Positions 49,909-56,629 of a stretch of 64,000 nt of DNA are shown one piece after another. Position 1 is the stretch's first letter. Each line of letters starts with the position of its first letter. The stretch covers positions 2,103 to 66,102 of the forward strand of contig JAYFOS010000018.1 in NCBI GenBank assembly GCA_034928745.1, read 5' to 3'. The notes beneath the pieces are model-generated. The model was not told the origin of the DNA. It worked only from the letters and a program-made list of their open reading frames with translations, and made no database searches. The position numbers were made by a program, and so were the translations under genes. The stretch comes from Rikenellaceae bacterium (GTDB lineage: Bacteria > Bacteroidota > Bacteroidia > Bacteroidales > UBA932).

Positions 49909-50586
49909 TTACATCTTTCTTAATCTGTAGCCCACACCCCTGATATTCTCTATATTGACAGGTGTCGAAGCTAGCTTTTTCCTGAGATGAGAGGCAAGGG
50001 CCTCAAGAGATTTTTTAGTGTCAATATCTTTATCTTCCCATATAGCGATAACAAGATCGGAGACTTTACAAATCTGATTAAAGTTGTTGCACAAAATCTG
50101 CAGCAACCTGTTTTCATAAAATGAGAGGATTGTAGCTTCGCCATCTTGCATCATCAGACACCTCTCCTCAGGGGAGTAATTTATATTTCCAAGAGTGAAT
50201 ATATCATTGTTTTTGCTTGATATCTGCATGCACTTCTGTACTCTTATCAATAACTCTCTTAATCCAAAAGGTTTTTTTAGATAATCACTGCAGCCAATTT
50301 CAAAGCCATTGGCAACGCTACTGTCATCGCTTATTGAGGTGATAAATATTATAGGGATATTCTTGTCTACGGCTCTTATAAGCCGGGCAACCTCAAATCC
50401 GTCGATTTCAGGCATATTTACATCAAAAAGGCAGAGGTCCGGGTGGAATTGATTGTATTGTTCCAACGCAGAACGACCGTCACTTACAAATGAGAGTTCA
50501 TAACCGCTCATTTTAAGAAACTCGCACATGGCATAGCCAAAGTTCAATTCATCATCGGCTAGAAGTATCCTCTTTCCCATGCTCAC
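49909..50586 (-). CDS. OmpR/PhoB-family response regulator (receiver + winged-helix)
   Basis: Receiver motifs ILLADDE and LCLFDVNMPEIDG (phospho-Asp), KPF. C-terminal winged helix ending RGVGYRL. Confidence 0.85.
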   Translation of the reverse strand: MSMGKRILLADDELNFGYAMCEFLKMSGYELSFVSDGRSALEQYNQFHPDLCLFDVNMPEIDGFEVARLIRAVDKNIPIIFITSISDDSSVANGFEIGCSDYLKKPFGLRELLIRVQKCMQISSKNNDIFTLGNINYSPEERCLMMQDGEATILSFYENRLLQILCNNFNQICKVSDLVIAIWEDKDIDTKKSLEALASHLRKKLASTPVNIENIRGVGYRLRKM

Positions 50587-51922
50587 AATTTATTGATAAA
50601 GTAAAAGTGCTTCCTTTCCCCACTTCGCTGACAAGTGTGATCTTACCTTTATGGGCCTTGACCACCCACATCACATAATTAAGGCCCAATCCGAACCCTT
50701 TGCCTTTCTGTGCATGCTCTTTCTTGCTTCCTCTGTAGAATTTCTCGAACACTTTGGCTTGTTCCTCTTTAGGAATCCCAATGCCGTTGTCTTCTACAGA
50801 TATATAAAAGTATTTGCCCTCTTTGCGGGTAGAAACATTAATCTTGACTGAGTCATCCGAGTACTTTATCGCATTATCTATCAGATTACCTATCGCATTT
50901 GAAATATGTAGCTCATCTCCGAATATTTCCTCTCCTCCTTCAGGTATCTGTGTTGTAATTACTATACTCTTTTTAGGATCTACATTGTGCCTGGCTATAT
51001 GCGGATCTATAGCCTCATGTATATTGAATACTTTTTTCTTTAACGGTGCTTGTCTCTTTTCAAATTTATTAATATCAAGTATATTCTCTATAAGACCATT
51101 AAGAAAATACAACTGCTCTTTTGACTTTCCGAGAAAGTAAGGGGCAGTTTTACTGTCAGCCATCTCTGCAACTTCAAGGTTTGTAATGGAAGATTGTAAT
51201 GGCGATCTGAGCTCATGTGTCAGGAAGTGGGTGATATTCTCTTTCACTTTGGCAAGTGATACTTGCTTGTACAACATGCGTGTCTGAAGCACTATACTTA
51301 CCATAATAAATATAGTCAATACAAGTGACGAGAGCAGCATTATCAGCAGATCTCCCTTGAATACAGAAGTAGGGTAATCTATATGTGCCAGAATTATTAG
51401 ATCTTTTGAAGTAGTAAGTGGTAATTCTATATCGAAACCGGATGTAATGAAAAATGAAGATCCTTTGGATTTGTATTCACAGGTATATATTGCTTTAGAA
51501 TCAGAGTATTTAAGTATATAATTTGTAATGCTTCCATCACTAATCATTTTTTTTGAGAATAGCGCAGATAAGCTATCAATGTTTAGAGGTAGAGTGTTTT
51601 TGTATGCGTCTTGTAATGCTTCTTCAATGGAAACCTTTGTAAATTGTTTGCCACCCTTAAGATCAATATCTTGTATTGCCTCTTCTTGGTTTTGTATGTC
51701 TGAAGGTATATTATTAGATATAACTACAGAAAAACCATCGCTTTTACTGATTTTTTTTAACCTAGAGTTAAGTTCCTTGTTGACAGCCTCCTTAAGTATA
51801 GACTCAGTCTGGTTGCGATAGTCATCCTTCTCACTGTCAATGAGTCTGTATAGCCAGACTCCCTGGATTCCAAGAAGGAAAAAGATTGCAATAATCGATA
51901 TGGAGAGTGCCTTGTTCAGCAT
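50552..51922 (-). CDS. Sensor histidine kinase with a roughly 170-aa extracytoplasmic domain
   Basis: TM1 (ISIIAIFFLLGIQGVWLY), a periplasmic segment and TM2 (LLIMLLSSLVLTIFIMVSIVL). H-box FLTHELRSPL, N-box NLIDNAIKYS, G-boxes DNGIGI and GFGLGL. Confidence 0.85.
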   Translation of the reverse strand: MLNKALSISIIAIFFLLGIQGVWLYRLIDSEKDDYRNQTESILKEAVNKELNSRLKKISKSDGFSVVISNNIPSDIQNQEEAIQDIDLKGGKQFTKVSIEEALQDAYKNTLPLNIDSLSALFSKKMISDGSITNYILKYSDSKAIYTCEYKSKGSSFFITSGFDIELPLTTSKDLIILAHIDYPTSVFKGDLLIMLLSSLVLTIFIMVSIVLQTRMLYKQVSLAKVKENITHFLTHELRSPLQSSITNLEVAEMADSKTAPYFLGKSKEQLYFLNGLIENILDINKFEKRQAPLKKKVFNIHEAIDPHIARHNVDPKKSIVITTQIPEGGEEIFGDELHISNAIGNLIDNAIKYSDDSVKINVSTRKEGKYFYISVEDNGIGIPKEEQAKVFEKFYRGSKKEHAQKGKGFGLGLNYVMWVVKAHKGKITLVSEVGKGSTFTLSINCEHGKEDTSSR

Positions 51923-51953
51923 TTTTCAGCAAATTATCAGTAATTGGTCAGCG
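51915..51953. promoter_or_regulatory. Four helically phased TCAG-core direct repeats (candidate response-regulator operator)
   Basis: TTCAGCA (51915), TTCAGCA (51925), ATCAGTA (51936) and GTCAGCG (51947). TCAG cores start at 51916, 51926, 51937 and 51948, giving spacings of 10, 11 and 11 bp. They lie in the divergent region between the kinase and the peptide ORF, and the first copy overlaps the kinase start codon. Confidence 0.3.
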
Positions 51954-51962
51954 TTCTGTATG

Positions 51963-51970
51963 CAAATGTA
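51963..51970 (-). promoter_or_regulatory. Candidate -7 promoter box (TACATTTG on the minus strand) for the kinase/regulator operon
   Basis: The reverse complement of CAAATGTA is an exact TAnnTTTG, 41 nt upstream of the kinase ATG. The phased repeats sit between this box and the ATG. Confidence 0.3.
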
Positions 51971-52025
51971 ACAATTATTCTTAATTTATTTGTACAACAA
52001 AAAACAAATAAAATACATCAAAGCC

Positions 52026-52154
52026 ATGAGAACAAATTTTGAAAAACTGAATGAACAAGAGATGATTAATGTAGTAGGTGGTGACAAAATTTTAAGATAT
52101 ACAGACGAAGAAGGTAACGTATACTACATAATTATTCGTGACGGAAGACCGTAA
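52026..52154 (+). CDS. Double-glycine-leader precursor peptide (42 aa): MRTNFEKLNEQEMINVVGG / DKILRYTDEEGNVYYIIIRDGRP
   Basis: Below the size cut-off of the ORF track; translated by hand (ATG 52026, TAA 52152-52154). The leader has F-15, L-12, E-8, M-7, V-4, G-2 and G-1, matching the LSxxELxxIxGG-type consensus cleaved by C39 peptidase domains. Co-oriented 95 nt upstream of a C39-ABC exporter. Confidence 0.7.
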   Translation: MRTNFEKLNEQEMINVVGGDKILRYTDEEGNVYYIIIRDGRP

Positions 52155-52199
52155 TTGATTTAAGTCTTTTATCTGAAGTTTGCCCCATTTTGATGACAA

Positions 52200-52218
52200 T
52201 TTGCTGATTTTCAGCAAA
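52200..52218 (+). other. AT-rich hairpin between the precursor ORF and the exporter gene
   Basis: TTTGCTGA (52200-52207) pairs with TCAGCAAA (52211-52218), an 8-bp perfect stem with a 3-nt loop. No downstream T-run, so it is not a canonical intrinsic terminator. Confidence 0.25.
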
Positions 52219-52249
52219 CAAGGATTCCTTTGATTGCTAAATTTAAATA

Positions 52250-54448
52250 ATGTACAGGAGACCATTCAGACATTTCCATCAACTGGACTCCATGGATTGT
52301 GGCCCCACATGCCTGAGAATGGTTGCCATGCATTATGGACACCATTATACTTTAGAGACACTGAGGGAAAAGTGTGAATTTTCCCGGGAGGGTGTCAATC
52401 TGTTCGGTATTGCAAAAGCCGCAGAGAGTTTAGGGTTCAGATCTACAGGAGCAAGACTCTCTTTCGAAGAGTTGTGCAAAGCTCCTTTTCCTTTAATAGT
52501 GCATTGGAATCAACGCCATTTTGTGGTTTTGTACGGAATCAAGGGAAAAGGCAAAAACTTAAAAATGCTTATTGCAGATCCGGCCACATCACTTGTCGAA
52601 CTTAGTGAGTCTGATTTTAAAAAATCGTGGTACAGTACTGTAAAAGACGGAGTCGGATTGGGTATAGCACTTATTCTGGAACCTACACCTAAGTTCTACC
52701 AAGAGGAGGGAGAATCTGTAAACAGACGAGGTTTCAAATTTCTCGGAACATATCTAAAACCATATAAGAAATTTATAACGCAGCTGATCATCGGGCTCTT
52801 TATCGGAAGCCTGTTGCAGCTCATTTTGCCTTTCCTTACCCAGAGTATAGTAGATATAGGTATAGGCACACAGGATATAGGCTTTATCTGGCTTGTACTG
52901 ATAGCCCAACTTATGCTGGCCATAAGTATGGCTTCAGTGGAGTTTATCAGGGGTTGGATATTGTTGCATATGGGAACCAGAATAAATATTTCGCTTATAT
53001 CAGATTTCCTCACTAAACTGATGAAGCTTCCCATTGGCTTTTTTGACACAAGAATGACTGGCGACCTCCTCCAGAGGATTGATGATCATAAAAGAATACA
53101 GAATTTTCTGACGGGATCCTCACTTAATGTTCTATTCTCACTTTTCAATATTGTAATTTTCGGTGCGGTATTATTATACTATAATCCCATTATTTTTCTG
53201 ATCTTTATTCTCTCTTCCGTTGCATATATCTTGTGGGTGTTAGTTTTTATGAAGAGAAGAAGAGAGCTGGATAACAAAGCTTTTACACAAAATGCTGCGA
53301 ATCAAAATTCTGTAATACAGCTCATTACTGGGATGCAGGAGATTAAGCTTAACAGTTGTGAGCGGCAAAAAAGATGGGAGTGGGAGAGAATTCAGGCACG
53401 TCTATACAGGCTTAACATAAAAGGATTGGCCCTCGGGCAATATCAAGAGGCAGGAGCCACACTGATCAATCAATTAAAAAATATTTTGATTACTGTATTT
53501 GCTGCAAGTTCGGTACTTAATGGAGAACTAACTCTCGGTATGATGCTCTCTGTACAGTTTATCAACGGGCAACTGAACGCTCCGCTCATGCAGGTTATAT
53601 CATTTCTGAAGGCATCACAGGACGCAAAGATATCCCTGGAGAGATTGGCAGAGATACATGACAAGGGAGATGAGGAAAAAGATTCTGACAACCTTATTAC
53701 GAAAATTGCAAAGGGAAAGGCTATCATAATAGAGAACCTCTCTTTCAAATATGAAGGTGCAGGGTCTCCGATGGTTTTAAAGAATATAAATCTCTCTATT
53801 CCAAAAGGTAAGGTTACTGCAATAGTTGGTACGAGTGGTAGTGGCAAGACTACTCTGGTTAAACTTCTGTTGGGATTTTATACTCCGCAGGAGGGTAGTA
53901 TAAAGTATGGAGAAAACAATCTGTTTTCGCTCAGTATGGAACGCTGGAGAGAAAAGTGTGGTGTTGTGATGCAAGACGGATTTCTCTTTTCTGATACAAT
54001 AGCCGGTAATATAGCGCCTGGAGTTGAGTCAATTGATGTCAAAAAACTAGAAAAAGCTGTTGAGGTTGCTAATATAAGAGATTTTGTAGAGAGTCTGCCT
54101 CTATCTTACAATACAAAAATTGGGCAGGAGGGACATGGACTGAGCCAGGGGCAAAAACAGCGTCTGCTGATTGCACGTGCAGTATACAAAGATCCGGAAC
54201 TAATATTGTTTGATGAAGCAACAAACTCGCTCGATGCAAATAATGAGATGCAGATTATGAGTAATCTGGATGGATTTTTTGTGGGCAAGACAGTTCTTGT
54301 AGTGGCACACAGGCTTAGTACGGTTAGGAATGCCGATAATATTGTCGTTTTAGACAAAGGTGTGATAACCGAATCGGGAACACACAGTGAGCTCATTGAG
54401 AAAAAGGGAGCTTACTGGCAACTTGTAAAGAATCAATTATATGTCTAA
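52250..54448 (+). CDS. Peptidase-containing ABC transporter (PCAT): C39 cysteine peptidase + 6-TM + ATPase
   Basis: N-terminal HQLDSMDCGPTCL (Gln11, Cys17), HFVVLYG (His90) and IADP (Asp110) form an intact C39 catalytic set. TMD follows. Walker A GTSGSGKTT, signature LSQGQKQR, Walker B LILFDEAT. Confidence 0.92.
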   Translation: MYRRPFRHFHQLDSMDCGPTCLRMVAMHYGHHYTLETLREKCEFSREGVNLFGIAKAAESLGFRSTGARLSFEELCKAPFPLIVHWNQRHFVVLYGIKGKGKNLKMLIADPATSLVELSESDFKKSWYSTVKDGVGLGIALILEPTPKFYQEEGESVNRRGFKFLGTYLKPYKKFITQLIIGLFIGSLLQLILPFLTQSIVDIGIGTQDIGFIWLVLIAQLMLAISMASVEFIRGWILLHMGTRINISLISDFLTKLMKLPIGFFDTRMTGDLLQRIDDHKRIQNFLTGSSLNVLFSLFNIVIFGAVLLYYNPIIFLIFILSSVAYILWVLVFMKRRRELDNKAFTQNAANQNSVIQLITGMQEIKLNSCERQKRWEWERIQARLYRLNIKGLALGQYQEAGATLINQLKNILITVFAASSVLNGELTLGMMLSVQFINGQLNAPLMQVISFLKASQDAKISLERLAEIHDKGDEEKDSDNLITKIAKGKAIIIENLSFKYEGAGSPMVLKNINLSIPKGKVTAIVGTSGSGKTTLVKLLLGFYTPQEGSIKYGENNLFSLSMERWREKCGVVMQDGFLFSDTIAGNIAPGVESIDVKKLEKAVEVANIRDFVESLPLSYNTKIGQEGHGLSQGQKQRLLIARAVYKDPELILFDEATNSLDANNEMQIMSNLDGFFVGKTVLVVAHRLSTVRNADNIVVLDKGVITESGTHSELIEKKGAYWQLVKNQLYV

Positions 54449-55754
54449 AAAAGGGAAGATAGAGATAAAGTCCGATGATGTCAATGAGATCCTTTCGAGA
54501 GCACCGGGGTGGACAGTTCGGTGGGGAAATACATTCATACTGGCTATCGTCACTTTTTTCTTAATCGGCAGCGCTTTGTTCAGATATCCGGACAAACTAT
54601 CAGCTCCAATAACAGTTACTTCTGAAAACCTTCCAGCACAACTCATGGCGAAAACAACAGGAAGGGTTCAGGAGCTGTTTAAGAGCGACGGAGATGAGGT
54701 CTCTAAGGGAGATGTAATTGCTATGATAGAAAATTCTGCCTCTTTCAGCGATTATGTGAAATTGACAAATTCCATGGATTCTTTGTTTGGCAATGGGTTT
54801 CTGGTCGAAAATCTTGTTGTTGAGGATTTGCCGGTCAATCTTCAGCTGGGGGATATGCAGGATGCCTACAACCAGTTCCTGAGCAGAGCCAGAGAATACA
54901 GTAATTTTATAAACCTTGACTATCACAGGAAAAAATCAATTTTGATAAAAAGAGAACTGGAGGCGCAAAGGTCAATGATAAGACAATACAACAAGCAAAT
55001 GTCTATATCGGCAGAACAGATAGAAATAGTTTCCCGCAGATATTCAAGAGACAGCTCCCTGTTGTTACAGAAAGTGATTTCGCAGTCTGATTTTGACAAC
55101 ACTAAGGCTGCAAAACTTTCGACAAAACAAGATTACGAAAATGTAAGGAGAAGTCTGGATGACCTTAAACTTAACGCACTCCAGAGCGAACAATCTCTTC
55201 TGGACCTTGAACTGGATAAAGAAAAGCAGAAGAGCAACCTTCTGTCAGGATTGTCTGGGGACATGGATTTGTTGAAAGCTGCTATAAGAAAGTGGGAGCA
55301 GGATTATCTTCTAATATCTCCTCTTAACGGTAAGCTCTCCTTTACCCGGTTTTGGCAGAGAAACCAGAATGTGACAGAGGGCGATGCCGTATTTACGGTT
55401 GTCCCGAATAAGGAAGCCAATATTAAAGGAAAGATTTTCCTTCCTCTTGAGGGTGCCGGGAAGGTGAAAATAGGCCAAAAGGTGAATATCAAACTTGATA
55501 ATTTCCCTTATATGGAATTTGGCATGGTGGAGGTTAAGGTTCTAAGAGTCTCTTCTGTCCCGGCGCTTGTTGATAATAAGCAAGTATATGTGATAGATGT
55601 GCTTTTGCCACGGAAACTTATTACAAATTACGGAAGAGAGCTCCCATTCTCCGAGGAGATGAGGGGCACTGCAGAGATAATTACAGAAGACCTTAGTATC
55701 CTTCAACGTATAGTATTTCCAGTCAGACATATTTTAAAAAGCAAGATGTTATGA
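54441..55754 (+). CDS. HlyD-family membrane fusion / secretion adaptor protein
   Basis: N-terminal TM (ILAIVTFFLIGSALF), lipoyl-like hairpin (GDEVSKGDVIAMIE), a long coiled coil and a C-terminal beta-barrel region. Overlaps the PCAT stop by 8 nt. Confidence 0.85.
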   Translation: MSKKGKIEIKSDDVNEILSRAPGWTVRWGNTFILAIVTFFLIGSALFRYPDKLSAPITVTSENLPAQLMAKTTGRVQELFKSDGDEVSKGDVIAMIENSASFSDYVKLTNSMDSLFGNGFLVENLVVEDLPVNLQLGDMQDAYNQFLSRAREYSNFINLDYHRKKSILIKRELEAQRSMIRQYNKQMSISAEQIEIVSRRYSRDSSLLLQKVISQSDFDNTKAAKLSTKQDYENVRRSLDDLKLNALQSEQSLLDLELDKEKQKSNLLSGLSGDMDLLKAAIRKWEQDYLLISPLNGKLSFTRFWQRNQNVTEGDAVFTVVPNKEANIKGKIFLPLEGAGKVKIGQKVNIKLDNFPYMEFGMVEVKVLRVSSVPALVDNKQVYVIDVLLPRKLITNYGRELPFSEEMRGTAEIITEDLSILQRIVFPVRHILKSKML

Positions 55755-56116
55755 GTGTGACTGGGGTGATACTGATAACCGGGTTTACTTCTGCCATATG
55801 CTCAAGTGTTATAGCCTCATTACTCTATAAGGTGAAATGGTTTTCTTACAGGAAAAAAAGTCCGTGGCAGGTACTTAATCTTGTATTTACAGCACTCTAT
55901 CAATATAATAATAAGTTTTATAATCATTTTCCTATGTTGAGGGAATTGATGGCGTGCACATTATTAACCTGTCTTTGCTTTAAATATCTTATCAATCCTG
56001 ATTGCTACACTCATCCGGAATGTATTGCAGGCACTTTCATGCTTGTAATACTGGTTACCACGGCAGTTCATGTTTTAGTGTACAGTAAGTTCTATGACGA
56101 AAAACTTGCCCTCTGA
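55751..56116 (+). CDS. Small Cys-rich membrane protein, translationally coupled to the HlyD-family gene (candidate immunity/accessory protein)
   Basis: ATGA start/stop overlap at 55751-55754. About 3 predicted TM helices (VILITGFTSAICSSVIASLLY, LMACTLLTCLCFKYLI, GTFMLVILVTTAVHVLVY). 8 Cys in 121 aa. No family recognised. Confidence 0.5.
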   Translation: MSVTGVILITGFTSAICSSVIASLLYKVKWFSYRKKSPWQVLNLVFTALYQYNNKFYNHFPMLRELMACTLLTCLCFKYLINPDCYTHPECIAGTFMLVILVTTAVHVLVYSKFYDEKLAL

Positions 56117-56127
56117 AGAATTATTTC

Positions 56128-56135
56128 TATTTTTG
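56128..56135 (+). promoter_or_regulatory. Candidate -7 promoter box (TATTTTTG) starting the His/Cys-rich protein - TonB receptor - HMA unit
   Basis: Exact TAnnTTTG ending 5 nt before the ATG at 56141, implying a near-leaderless transcript that separates this cluster from the exporter operon. Confidence 0.3.
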
Positions 56136-56140
56136 CAACC

Positions 56141-56584
56141 ATGAAAAGAGTGCTACAGCCATTTCTAACTATTGTTCTCCTTATATTTTATATAATGGCT
56201 AGCTTTGGTATTGGTGTCCATGAGTGCTCTGCAAGTGGTACTGTAAATGTGCGGATATTTGCATCCTCAAAGAGTTGTGATTCCATTCATTCAATCTGCT
56301 GCTGCAAGCATCATCATCACGATGGTTTACCCAAACATCAGCACCACTCTTCCAAATGTTGCCATACAACAATTCATCAACTGACAAATGATTACGATAT
56401 TTCTCAGTTAAATTTCAAGTTTTCACAAATTCCGATCTTCAATCTTATTCCGGAATTCATTTCTTCATTTTCTAACGACTTATCATCGGATGAGTTACTT
56501 ATAGCTTTTTACAACGGCTATACTCCTCCGCCCCTTATTAAGGAGACTGATCCATGTTCATACCACTCTCAGTGGAGATTGTAG
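56141..56584 (+). CDS. Membrane-anchored His/Cys-rich protein (resembles the HYC_CC_PP family as I recall it)
   Basis: N-terminal anchor ending GVHEC, then CCCKHHHHDGLPKHQHHSSKCCH and a later YTPPPL, giving H-x-C, CC and PP motifs in that order. Confidence 0.6.
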   Translation: MKRVLQPFLTIVLLIFYIMASFGIGVHECSASGTVNVRIFASSKSCDSIHSICCCKHHHHDGLPKHQHHSSKCCHTTIHQLTNDYDISQLNFKFSQIPIFNLIPEFISSFSNDLSSDELLIAFYNGYTPPPLIKETDPCSYHSQWRL

Positions 56585-56629
56585 AGAATCTATCTTTTTC
56601 GGATAGAAACTTTTTACAATTTAAAGAAC

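Noticed and set aside
52083-52151. Resemblance of the peptide core (RYTDEEGNVYY..RDGRP) to a single YD/RHS-type beta-hairpin repeat
   Set aside because: The similarity is only loose and compositional (Tyr, Asp, Gly, Arg spacing) over about 20 residues. It cannot be judged without a profile search, so it is kept as a structural hint in the peptide finding and not as a family call.
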